DNA of 64,000 bases. Origin: an uncultured Actinomycetes bacterium (GTDB lineage: Bacteria; Actinomycetota; UBA4738; HRBIN12). A model generated the notes under the pieces. It had not been told where the DNA came from. It made no database searches and was given only the letters and a program-made list of their open reading frames with translations. Below, piece by piece: positions 1 to 8,906 of the stretch; position 1 is the first letter of the stretch, and the number at the start of each line of letters is the position of its first letter. Position numbers and translations under genes: made by a program. The stretch lies in the NCBI GenBank assembly GCA_963722795.1, contig CAVROD010000001.1:81684-145683 (forward strand). The letters are read 5' to 3'.

Positions 1-213
1 TGACTCCCGTGTAAAGACGAAGCATGTGTTGCACCCCCTTCCATCCGAACTCGATCCCGTCCTGTCGAAGGGGTTTTCGACCCTTCGGCGCGAAAGCTTG
101 AGCGCGCATCGATACGGTATTGCGACCCCTCTGACCAGGGAATTCCGTGTTCCACGGAGGGTTGCTACGTAGTCCTACGTACTCATCACCGGGTAGTTCG
201 GTGGGGGGACGGG

Positions 214-921
214 CTAGTCGCCGGGTGCACCGATGGAGACGAGCCCTGCGCGGGTGGCCATGCGGATCGCCGCGAGCCGGCTGCCGACTCCGAGCTTGCC
301 GTAGATGCGGGCCAGGTGGGTCGTCACGGTGCGCTCACGAACGCCGAGCCGAGATGCGATCTCGCGCGCGGTGAGGCCCTCGGCCGCCACGCTCAGCACC
401 TGGCGCTCGCGCTCGGTGAGACGTACCTCCATGTCGCGATGTCGCTGGATGCCGTCGGCGATCTGGCCCACGGTCCCCGGCGCGGGACCGGCGAGCACCA
501 TCTCGCGATCGGCCGCTCGCCGAAGGGATTGCAGGAACTCCACCGGGTCGATGTTCTTGTCGACGAACCCGTCGGCGCCCATGAACAGCACGCGCGAGAT
601 CGTGGTCGCGTCGGTGTTGGCACCACAGCCGAGGATCGCGTGGGCGGGGAAGCGTTCCCGGAGCGTGCGGATCAGCCACGATGCATCGTGCTCTCCGTGC
701 AGCCCGAGACCGACGAGCACCACCACGCGATTGCGCCGCAGGCGACCCATCACCTCGAGGCACTCCTCGGGCGTGCCGGCTTCCGCGACCACCTCCATGT
801 CGGGGCGATCCTCGATCAGCATCGCGAGCCCTGCCCGCACCACCGGCAGCGGGTCGACGACGACGACGCCCAGCCGGTTGCGGGGGCGCTGCGATGCGGT
901 TTCTCGCGCTCGGCGATCCAT
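214..921 (-). CDS. NarL/LuxR-family response regulator with degenerate receiver domain
   Basis: 235-aa ORF. C-terminal LuxR HTH (LTERERQVLSVAAEGLTAREIASRLGVRERTVTTHLARIYGKLGV). N-terminal CheY-like fold, but the expected phospho-acceptor position reads VVVLVGLGL (Gly, not Asp). GGAGGA lies upstream of ATG at 921. Confidence 0.8.
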   Translation of the reverse strand: MDRRARETASQRPRNRLGVVVVDPLPVVRAGLAMLIEDRPDMEVVAEAGTPEECLEVMGRLRRNRVVVLVGLGLHGEHDASWLIRTLRERFPAHAILGCGANTDATTISRVLFMGADGFVDKNIDPVEFLQSLRRAADREMVLAGPAPGTVGQIADGIQRHRDMEVRLTERERQVLSVAAEGLTAREIASRLGVRERTVTTHLARIYGKLGVGSRLAAIRMATRAGLVSIGAPGD

Positions 922-1011
922 CGTTCCTCCGGACGAAGGGTGGACGCCTCGGTCGGAGGCTTCCGTCCCCCTATCGGCAACGAGTCGTCGCGAGATGAGC
1001 GCGCGCGCCGA

Positions 1012-1674
1012 TCAGGGTTCGATCAGACCGAGCTGCGCTGCGCGGGCCACCGCCTGCACCCGGGTGCGCACACCGAGCTTGCGGTAGAGCTTCGCGACGT
1101 GAGTCTCCACGGTGCGGGGGGAGATGCCGAGTCGATGCCCCGCCTGCTGCATCGTGAAGCCTTGGCTCACCATGAGCAGTATCTGGTGCTCGCGGGGGGT
1201 GAGGGTGGCCTGCACCTCGGAGCCTTCCCGGGCCTGCTGCGCGAACGTGCCGAGCGCCATGACGGCCGCCTGCTCGAACTCGGAGTCGATCGCCCTGCCG
1301 CCGTCGGCCACGATGCGGACCGCGGCGCCGACGCCTCGAAGGTCGGTCTTGCGGAGGTACCCCCTGGCGCCGAGCCGCAAGGCCCGCAGCACCGACGGAC
1401 CGTCGGTACGATCGGCGATCACGACCGCCGCCACGGCGACCCCCTCGTCGCGCAGCGACCGGAGCGCGCCGAGGTTGCGCTCGGTCTCGTCCAGGTGGTC
1501 GTCGAGCACGATCACGTCGGGGCGCAGTGACCGACACGCGTCGAGCAAGGCGGCTCGGTCGCGCGCTTCGCCCACGATCTCGAGGCCGGCCTGCGCGAGG
1601 ATCGATCGACGGACGACCTCCACGACCACGGCGTGGCCGGCCGCGATGACGATCGACACGGTCTCGTCGGCCAT
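1012..1674 (-). CDS. NarL/LuxR-family response regulator with atypical receiver
   Basis: ORF 1012..1752. Start trimmed to ATG 1674 (MADETVSIVIAAG...) so it does not overlap the upstream gene. LuxR HTH (LTPREHQILLMVSQGFTMQQAGHRLGISPRTVETHVAKLYRKLGV). The acidic pair after beta1 is replaced (IAAGH); the DVIVLD Asp is retained. Confidence 0.8.
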   Translation of the reverse strand: MADETVSIVIAAGHAVVVEVVRRSILAQAGLEIVGEARDRAALLDACRSLRPDVIVLDDHLDETERNLGALRSLRDEGVAVAAVVIADRTDGPSVLRALRLGARGYLRKTDLRGVGAAVRIVADGGRAIDSEFEQAAVMALGTFAQQAREGSEVQATLTPREHQILLMVSQGFTMQQAGHRLGISPRTVETHVAKLYRKLGVRTRVQAVARAAQLGLIEP

Positions 1675-1684
1675 GGAGCGGAGG

Positions 1685-2362
1685 CTATCCTGCGCGCACG
1701 GGCGGCCGCGAGGCCGTGGCGACGCCGTGACGCCACGCGATGCGAACGGCATCGACCTTCGAATGCACCCCGAGCTTGGCGAGGATGTTCTTCACGTGGC
1801 TCTGCACGGTGAGCGGGCTGATCCCGAACGCCTCGGCCACCTCGGCCGTCGAGGCGCCCCCCGCGAGCGTCTGCAGGATCTCCCGCTCGCGGGGGGTGAG
1901 CGATCGGAGCCCATCGGCTCCCCCGGCGTTGCCACCATCGGCGGCGGTGATGCGATCGACCAACGAGGAGAGGTCGTCGGCGGGCAGCACGAGCTCTCCG
2001 GCCAGCGACCGTCGGAACACATCGAGGAGCGAGCGATCACGCGCCCGGGGCAGCAGCCCGCACGCCCCTGCGGACAACGCGTTGGCCGCGACCTCGGGGC
2101 CGTCGGCCTCGGTGGCGGCGAGCACGCGCCCACGACCGCCGGCCGCCACCGTCGTGAGCACGTCGAGACCCAACCCGTCGGCTCGATCGAGGTCCACCAC
2201 GGCCAGATCGGCGAGGTCGCCGGCGAGGATGTTCGCTGCTTCATCCGCATCGGCGATCGGGCCCGACACGACCACGGCCCCCCTGGCGGGCAACGCCCCG
2301 GCGAGGACACGCGTCAGCCGGGGGTCGGCAGCCACGACGAGGACGCGGATACGCTCGCGCAT
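1685..2362 (-). CDS. NarL/LuxR-family response regulator with atypical receiver
   Basis: ORF 1685..2455. Likely start is ATG 2362 (MRERIRVLVVAADP...). LuxR HTH (LTPREREILQTLAGGASTAEVAEAFGISPLTVQSHVKNILAKLGV). The receiver keeps VVDLD but lacks the conserved Lys (GLLPR). Confidence 0.8.
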   Translation of the reverse strand: MRERIRVLVVAADPRLTRVLAGALPARGAVVVSGPIADADEAANILAGDLADLAVVDLDRADGLGLDVLTTVAAGGRGRVLAATEADGPEVAANALSAGACGLLPRARDRSLLDVFRRSLAGELVLPADDLSSLVDRITAADGGNAGGADGLRSLTPREREILQTLAGGASTAEVAEAFGISPLTVQSHVKNILAKLGVHSKVDAVRIAWRHGVATASRPPVRAG

Positions 2363-2453
2363 GGCCCTTCCATCGGCAGCCGCAACGTGAAGCCTGAACC
2401 GCCGGCATGGTCGCCCCCTGCACCCATCGGATGGGGTGACACACTGACTCCTC

Positions 2454-4547
2454 ATGAGCGGACGATCCGAACGACCTGCGAACCGGCTCGCGAACGAGAC
2501 GAGCCCGTACCTGCTGCAGCACGCTCACAACCCGGTCGATTGGTACCCCTGGGGCGACGAGGCCCTGCGCAAGGCTGCGGACGAAGACAAGCCCATCTTC
2601 CTGTCGATCGGGTATGCCGCCTGCCACTGGTGCCACGTGATGGAGCGGGAATCGTTCGAAGACGACGCGACGGCGGCGCTGATGAACGAGCACTTCGTCT
2701 CGATCAAGGTCGACCGCGAGGAACGCCCCGACCTCGACGGCATCTACATGGACGCCGTGCAGGCGATGACCGGACAGGGCGGCTGGCCGCTCTCGGCTTT
2801 CCTCACCCCCAGGGGTGAGCCGTTCCACGCCGGCACGTACTTCCCGCCGGAGCCCCGCCACGGCATGCCGGCATTCCGCGACCTGCTCGCCGGCATCGCG
2901 GCGGCCTGGCAGCAGCGTCGCGACGAGGTCGATGACCAGGGCCAACGCGTCGCCGCCGCGATCGCTCGGGCGTCGTCGCTGCGTTCGAACGACGCGGCGC
3001 TCGACGAGGCGCTCGTGTTCGCCGCGACGACATCGCTGCTGGGCACGTTCGACGGCCGATGGGGCGGGTTCGGCGGCGCACCGAAGTTCCCCCAGCCGAT
3101 GACGCTCGAGTTCCTGCTGCGACGGGCCGTGCGCGGCGGCCCGGAGGCGGTCGAAGTGCTCGACGCGGTGAGCACGACCCTCGATCGCATGGCCGCCGGC
3201 GGTATCTACGACCACCTCGGAGGCGGCTTCGCCCGCTACTCGACCGACGAGCGCTGGCACGTGCCGCACTTCGAGAAGATGCTCTACGACAACGCGCAGC
3301 TGCTGCAGGTGTACACGCGCGCCTGGCAGGTCACCGGCGCCGACCGCTACCGCACCGTGGTCCGCGAGACCGCCGAGTACCTGTTGCGCGAGATGCAGCA
3401 TCCCGAAGGGGGCTTCTTCTCGTCGCAGGACGCCGATTCCGACGGGGTCGAGGGGAAGTTCTTCACATGGTCGTGGGCCGAGCTCACCGAGCTGATCGGC
3501 GAACCGGTCGCTCGGGCATTCGGCGCCACCCCCGACGGCAACTGGGCCGGGGAGGACGGGCGCACCAACGTGCTCTGGCGGCCGCGCTCGATCGCGGAGG
3601 TCGCGATCGAGAACGGCCTCGATGCAGCCGAACTGCAGGCGGAGGTCGAGGATGCGCGGCCGGCGTTGTTCGCGGCGCGCGAGACCCGCACGCACCCCGC
3701 GACCGACGACAAGGTGCTGGCCGCCTGGAACGGCATGACCATCGCTGCGCTCGCCGAAGCCGGACGCGTGTTCGATGAACCCGACTACGTGACGGCGGCC
3801 GAGCGCGCCGCCACGTTCGTACTGACGCACCTGCGGGGCCCCTCAGGCCGCCTGCTGCGATCGTGGCGCAACGGGGTTGCGGGACGCACCGGGTTCGCCG
3901 ACGACCACGCCCTCATGGCCTCAGCCTGCCTGACCCTGTTCGAGACGACGTTCGAGGCCGCGTGGTTCGACCGAGCGACGGAGCTCACCGGTGAGCTGCG
4001 ACGTCTGTTCCCCGACCGTGAGGCCGGTGGGTTCTTCATGACGGGCGCTGACGCCGACGCGCTGCTCGTGCGGCCCAAGGAGTTGTACGACAACGCCACG
4101 CCCAGCGGGAACTCGGTGGCGGCCGACCTGCTGCTGCGGCTCTCGGCGTTCACGGGCGACGCGACGTTCGAGGCGGAGGCGGTGTCGGCGCTCCGGCTCG
4201 TCGGCGATGCGCTGCCCCGCGCCCCCGGCGCGTTCGGCCAGGCGCTCTGCGCCCTCGACCGGTTGCTCGGCCCCACCCGGGCGGTCGCGATCGTTGGCGA
4301 GCCCGAGCGCGACGACACCCGGGCCCTCGTGACCGAAGCGAACCGCCGCCGCTACCGCCCGAACATCGTGCTCGCGGTCAGCGCCGACGACGATGCCGAC
4401 GCGCGGCGGGCGGTCCCGCTGCTCCGGGACCGCGCCGCCATCGGCGGCCGGGCGACCGCCTACGTCTGCGAAGGGTTCTCGTGCCGTGTGCCCGTCGCCG
4501 ACCCCGATGCCCTCACCGAGCAACTCGCCGAGGCCGTCGGGGGCTGA
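2454..4547 (+). CDS. DUF255 thioredoxin-domain protein (YyaL-like, N-acylglucosamine-epimerase-like C-terminal fold)
   Basis: 697-aa intact ORF. N-terminal signature [58 protein letters not shown]. Confidence 0.9.
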   Translation: MSGRSERPANRLANETSPYLLQHAHNPVDWYPWGDEALRKAADEDKPIFLSIGYAACHWCHVMERESFEDDATAALMNEHFVSIKVDREERPDLDGIYMDAVQAMTGQGGWPLSAFLTPRGEPFHAGTYFPPEPRHGMPAFRDLLAGIAAAWQQRRDEVDDQGQRVAAAIARASSLRSNDAALDEALVFAATTSLLGTFDGRWGGFGGAPKFPQPMTLEFLLRRAVRGGPEAVEVLDAVSTTLDRMAAGGIYDHLGGGFARYSTDERWHVPHFEKMLYDNAQLLQVYTRAWQVTGADRYRTVVRETAEYLLREMQHPEGGFFSSQDADSDGVEGKFFTWSWAELTELIGEPVARAFGATPDGNWAGEDGRTNVLWRPRSIAEVAIENGLDAAELQAEVEDARPALFAARETRTHPATDDKVLAAWNGMTIAALAEAGRVFDEPDYVTAAERAATFVLTHLRGPSGRLLRSWRNGVAGRTGFADDHALMASACLTLFETTFEAAWFDRATELTGELRRLFPDREAGGFFMTGADADALLVRPKELYDNATPSGNSVAADLLLRLSAFTGDATFEAEAVSALRLVGDALPRAPGAFGQALCALDRLLGPTRAVAIVGEPERDDTRALVTEANRRRYRPNIVLAVSADDDADARRAVPLLRDRAAIGGRATAYVCEGFSCRVPVADPDALTEQLAEAVGG

Positions 4548-4554
4548 CGCCGGC

Positions 4555-5898
4555 TCACGCGACCGGCAGCGCCCGGCTCCACCACGTGAGTTCACGCTCG
4601 ACCCCTGCGTCGCCGACCCATCGGTGGGTGAACACGTCGTCGACCCCGTCGAGGTCGCCGGCCACGATGTCGGTCGCGAGCGACGCGAAGGCCACGACCG
4701 AGCCGTCTCCGGCGATGGCGGCGTCGTAGGAGGCGCCGTCGGTCCAGCCGCCGGTGGCGTCGGCCGAGACCCGCACGACGGTCTTCGTGGCGGCTCGATA
4801 CTCGAACACGTCGAGGGTGACCCCGTTGTCGTCTGTGCCCGCGTCGAGATTGGTGGCGCGCGTCACGAACACGATGGACGAGCCGTCGTCGCTGATCGCA
4901 GCGCCGAAGCTGTCTCCGTTGCCGTCGATCGCTCCCCGACGCGACACGCGCACGGTGGTGCCGTCGATGCGGTCGCGCACGAACACGTCGCCCTTGTTGT
5001 TGTCGTCGCCCTTCACGAGGTTCGACGCCGAGGAGTTGAAGACCACCCAGCGCCCGTTGGCGGAGATGTCCTCGAGGCCGGAGCTGCTCGAAGCCTCGCG
5101 CTCACCGTTCGTGACCGAGGCACGCATCATCTTCCCGGTCGAGAGGTTCTTCCAGAACACGTCGCGCGCACCGTTCTTGTCGCCACTCACCAGGTTGGAT
5201 GCGAGGGACGACAACGCGACGAAGCCACCGCCCGGCGCGATCGTCGCGTCGAAGCTCGTGTTGTTCGCCTGACGCCCCGTCGAGTCCGTCGAGACCCGGC
5301 TCGTGACACCCGTGACCACGTCGCGAACGAAGATGTCGGCCTTGCCGTTCGTGTCGTTGCCCACGAGGTTCGTGGCTCGCGAGCCGAACGCCACCTTCGT
5401 GCCGTCGGCCGAGATCGTGGGTGCGAAGCTCACGTCGTCGCCCTGCACGCCCGCCGCGCCGCGCCGCGACACGAGCGAGAGCCCGCCGGTCTCGGCATCG
5501 AACAGCACGATGTCGCCGTCGGCGCCGTTGGCATCGCCCGGCACGATGTTGGTCGCGAAGGTCTCGAACACCACGTACCGTCCGTTCGCGGAGATGTCCA
5601 CGTCGAGGGAGTCCCCATCGGCCGGCGCACCGGCCCTGGACACCAGACGGATCGTCGATGTCTGGGTATCGACGAGGAAGATGTCGGCGAACCCGTTCGG
5701 GTCGGCGCCCGGATCACCACCGAGCAGGTTGGACGCCTCCGACACGAAGGCCACCCATCGGCCATCGGCCGAGACCGCCGGCGCGTAGCTCACGCCGTCG
5801 GGCTGCGGCTCGCTCTCCACCGCCCCGGCCCCCACCGGCACCGCCAACGAGGTGGTCGCCATCGCGACGACCACCGACAACGCGAAACGCAGACGCAT
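4555..5898 (-). CDS. secreted beta-propeller repeat protein (7 PD40/TolB-like blades)
   Basis: Signal peptide MRLRFALSVVVAMATTSLAVPVGAGA. Seven copies of a ~55-aa repeat (S-x-x-x-x-IS-ADG-x-x-VAF-x-S-x-A-x-NLV-x-GD-x-N-x-x-x-DVFV-x-D). Confidence 0.8.
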   Translation of the reverse strand: MRLRFALSVVVAMATTSLAVPVGAGAVESEPQPDGVSYAPAVSADGRWVAFVSEASNLLGGDPGADPNGFADIFLVDTQTSTIRLVSRAGAPADGDSLDVDISANGRYVVFETFATNIVPGDANGADGDIVLFDAETGGLSLVSRRGAAGVQGDDVSFAPTISADGTKVAFGSRATNLVGNDTNGKADIFVRDVVTGVTSRVSTDSTGRQANNTSFDATIAPGGGFVALSSLASNLVSGDKNGARDVFWKNLSTGKMMRASVTNGEREASSSSGLEDISANGRWVVFNSSASNLVKGDDNNKGDVFVRDRIDGTTVRVSRRGAIDGNGDSFGAAISDDGSSIVFVTRATNLDAGTDDNGVTLDVFEYRAATKTVVRVSADATGGWTDGASYDAAIAGDGSVVAFASLATDIVAGDLDGVDDVFTHRWVGDAGVERELTWWSRALPVA

Positions 5899-6036
5899 CG
5901 CGGATCTCCCTCCCGCTCCAAGTTCCCCTCGGGCGAGGCATCGGCTCGATGGCTTCCGAAACTTGAGGCAGATCGCCGCTCGTGGTCGGCCGGTAGACTG
6001 GCGTCTTCTCAGCGATCGACTGGAGGTTCATCAGCG

Positions 6037-6543
6037 ATGCCCACCGCCACGTTCGTCACGAATCAGGGGTCGTTCACGGTGCAACTCATGCCCGAGCATG
6101 CGCCCGCGACCGTCGAGAACTTCATCGGCCTGGCATCAGGCGGCAAGGAATGGACCGACCCTCGCGACGGCCAGACGAAGACCGACGCGCTGTATCCCGG
6201 CACGATCTTCCACCGGGTGATCGACGGCTTCATGATCCAGGGCGGCGACCCCACGGGCACGGGCACCGGCGGGCCTGGGTACACGTTCGACGACGAATGC
6301 CCGCCCGACGGACCCTCCTTCGACCGCGCGGGCTTGCTCGCGATGGCCAACGCCGGGCCCGGCACGAACGGGTGCCAGTTCTTCGTGACCGTGGCGCCGG
6401 CCGAGTGGCTCACCGGCCGGCACACCATCTTCGGCGAGGTGACCGAGGGCTACGACGTGGTGGAACGTATCGCGAAGTCGTCGACCGGTGCGCAGGACCG
6501 GCCCACCGACGACATCGTCGTCGAGCGCATCGACATCGGGTGA
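6037..6543 (+). CDS. peptidyl-prolyl cis-trans isomerase, cyclophilin type
   Basis: Last 168 codons of ORF 4393..6543, starting at ATG 6037. Motifs HRVIDGFMIQGGDPTGTGTGGPGY and GLLAMANAGPGTNGCQFFVT. The upstream part of that ORF is antisense to the propeller gene and is not coding. Confidence 0.9.
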   Translation: MPTATFVTNQGSFTVQLMPEHAPATVENFIGLASGGKEWTDPRDGQTKTDALYPGTIFHRVIDGFMIQGGDPTGTGTGGPGYTFDDECPPDGPSFDRAGLLAMANAGPGTNGCQFFVTVAPAEWLTGRHTIFGEVTEGYDVVERIAKSSTGAQDRPTDDIVVERIDIG

Positions 6544-6565
6544 CCCGCCACCCGGGCGTGCACCC

Positions 6566-7198
6566 GTGACCGCGATCTGCTGCTACGGCGATTCGAACAC
6601 CTGGGGATACGAGGCCTCCACCGAGGATCGCCTGCAGCGCTGGCGCCGCTGGCCGGGTGTGATGCAACGCGAGCTAGGCGACGACGTGCACGTGATCGAG
6701 GAGGGACTGAACGGCCGCACGACCGTGTTCGAGGATCCGTTCGAGCCGGGCCGCAGCGGCATGTCGCACCTGCCGGTCGTGCTGAAGACGCACGCGCCGC
6801 TCGACCTCGTGATCGTCTGGCTCGGCACGAACGATCTGTTCGTGCCCGGCGGCCTCACGGCGCAGGACGCCGCTCGAGGCGCGATCACGCTCGCCGAGAT
6901 GGTGCGGGCGAGCGACGCAGGTCCCGACGACGAGCCGCCGGAGGTGCTCGTGCTGATCTCGCCGCCGTTCGCGCCACTCGGCGTCTGGGAACACGACTCG
7001 CCCCACGGCGAGCTGGAGTCGAGAGGGTTCGCCGATGCCTACCGCCGGCTGGCGGAGGAGGCCCAGGTGCCCCTGCTCGACCTGGCGCCGATCGCCGAGT
7101 CGAGCCCCATCGACGGCATCCATTTCGAGGCCGCCGATCACGAGGCCATCGGCCTCGCGGTCGCGGCGGCGGCACGCGACCTGCTCGATCTGCACTGA
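6566..7198 (+). CDS. SGNH/GDSL-family hydrolase
   Basis: GTG 6566 gives VTAICCYGDSNTWGY (block I GDS). Also LNGRTT, VIVWLGTNDL, and DGIHF near the C-terminus. Confidence 0.8.
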   Translation: MTAICCYGDSNTWGYEASTEDRLQRWRRWPGVMQRELGDDVHVIEEGLNGRTTVFEDPFEPGRSGMSHLPVVLKTHAPLDLVIVWLGTNDLFVPGGLTAQDAARGAITLAEMVRASDAGPDDEPPEVLVLISPPFAPLGVWEHDSPHGELESRGFADAYRRLAEEAQVPLLDLAPIAESSPIDGIHFEAADHEAIGLAVAAAARDLLDLH

Positions 7199-7226
7199 TC
7201 CCGGCCGCGACGACGCGCGGAGCGGC

Positions 7227-7781
7227 TCAGGCGGGGCGATCGAGCCGGTACATCAGGTGCCCCCACCCCGCCCTGATCGTGCCCCGCCACACCTCGAACC
7301 CCAGCTTCTCGGCGACACGCCTCGATGGCACGTTCTCCGGGCGGATCAGCGAGATCAGGAACGGCGCGTCGAGAGCGCCGAAGGCCGCGTCCCGGCACGC
7401 GGCGCCCGCCTCGGTCGCGACCCCCTGCCTCTGACGAGATCGCAGCACGTGCCAACCGAGCTCGACGAACGACTCGCCGTCGGCGTCTTGCACGGTGGGA
7501 CCACAGTCGCCGATCACCTCGCCGGTCGCGCGATCCTCGATGACGAGCAAGCCGAACCCGTCGCGCTCGTACCGCTCGAGCTGGCGCTCGATCCAGCCAC
7601 GCACGCCCTGCCGGTCGAACGGCGCCGGGTAGTAACGCATCGAGCGCTCGTCGCCGAGCACCGCCAGCATGGCGTCGAGGTCGCTCCCGTCGTCACGGAA
7701 GGGTCGCAGGCGCAGCTGCTCCGTGTCGATCGGGGTCCGCAGGTGCACGGTCGCCCAGCCTATCGGCACCACCGGTCGCAC
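7227..7781 (-). CDS. GNAT family N-acetyltransferase (RimJ/RimL-like)
   Basis: 184-aa ORF. Motifs LRLRPF..D, ELGWHVLRSRQRQGVATEAG and ENVPSRRVAEKLGF. Confidence 0.8.
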   Translation of the reverse strand: MRPVVPIGWATVHLRTPIDTEQLRLRPFRDDGSDLDAMLAVLGDERSMRYYPAPFDRQGVRGWIERQLERYERDGFGLLVIEDRATGEVIGDCGPTVQDADGESFVELGWHVLRSRQRQGVATEAGAACRDAAFGALDAPFLISLIRPENVPSRRVAEKLGFEVWRGTIRAGWGHLMYRLDRPA

Positions 7782-7866
7782 GCGGGCATTACCGCGGGTG
7801 ACGCCCGCACCGGCATACTGCGAAGCTTCCGCGGGTGACGCGGACAGACCTCACGGAGGAACCGCC

Positions 7867-8853
7867 ATGACCGACCGACCGAACGTGCTCGTGACCCGTC
7901 CGATCATGGACGCACCCATGGCCCGGCTGCAGGCGCGCTGCGACGTGACCGTGCACGAGAACGAGTTCGGCATCCCGCGCGAGGAGCTGCTGCAGGTGGT
8001 GGCGGGGCGCGACGCCATCGTGACGATGCTGACCGAGAAGGTCGATGCCGAGTTCCTCGCCGCCGCGGGCCCGCAGCTGCGCATCGTGGCGAACCATGCG
8101 GTCGGGTTCGACAACGTCGACGTGGCGGCGTGCACCGCGGCCGGCGTGCTCGCGACGAACACCCCCGACGTGCTCACCGAGACGACCGCCGACACAGCCT
8201 TCGCGTTGCTCATGGCTGCGGCGCGCCGGGTGGGTGAGGGCGAGCGGTTCCTGCGGGCCGGTACGCCCTGGATCTGGGGCCCGTTGATGATGCTCGGCCA
8301 AGACGTGCACCACAAGACGATCGGCATCGTCGGATTCGGGCGCATCGGCCAGGCCGTGGCCCGGCGCGCGAAGGGGTTCGGCATGCGCGTGGTCTACAGC
8401 GACGCGGTGCAATTGCCCGCCGAGGTGGAAGCCGAGACGGGCGCCGAGCGCCTCGAGCTCGACGACCTGCTCGCGCTAGCCGATTTCGTCTCGATCCACA
8501 CGAACCTCACGCCTGAGACGCGGCACCTGTTCGGCGCCGACGCGTTCCGGGCGATGAAGCCCACGGCCGTCGTGGTGAACACCTCCCGCGGACCCGTGAT
8601 CGACGAAGCCGCGCTCGCCGACGCCCTCGAGCACGGCGAGATCTTCGCCGCCGGCCTCGACGTGTTCGAGCGCGAGCCCGAGGTGGAAGCCCGCCTGCTG
8701 CGGCTCGAGAACGCGGTGGTGATCCCGCACCTCGGCAGCGCAACGGTCGACACGCGCAACGCGATGGGCGACGTGGTGGTCGACAACCTGTTCGCGACGT
8801 TCGACGGCACGAGGCCGCCCACGCTGTTGAACCCCGACGCGTTCGGCGGGTGA
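7867..8853 (+). CDS. D-isomer-specific 2-hydroxyacid dehydrogenase (glyoxylate/hydroxypyruvate reductase type)
   Basis: ATG 7867 (MTDRPNVLVTRPI...). NAD-binding motif GIVGFGRIGQAVARRAKGFGMRVVYSD. Catalytic region VNTSRGPVIDEAAL...GLDVFEREP...PHLGSAT. Confidence 0.85.
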   Translation: MTDRPNVLVTRPIMDAPMARLQARCDVTVHENEFGIPREELLQVVAGRDAIVTMLTEKVDAEFLAAAGPQLRIVANHAVGFDNVDVAACTAAGVLATNTPDVLTETTADTAFALLMAAARRVGEGERFLRAGTPWIWGPLMMLGQDVHHKTIGIVGFGRIGQAVARRAKGFGMRVVYSDAVQLPAEVEAETGAERLELDDLLALADFVSIHTNLTPETRHLFGADAFRAMKPTAVVVNTSRGPVIDEAALADALEHGEIFAAGLDVFEREPEVEARLLRLENAVVIPHLGSATVDTRNAMGDVVVDNLFATFDGTRPPTLLNPDAFGG

Positions 8854-8906
8854 CCGGCGTGCCCGCACGCTCCGCCGCCGGCCGGGGCCGCGGAGGTGCG
8901 CGTGCC

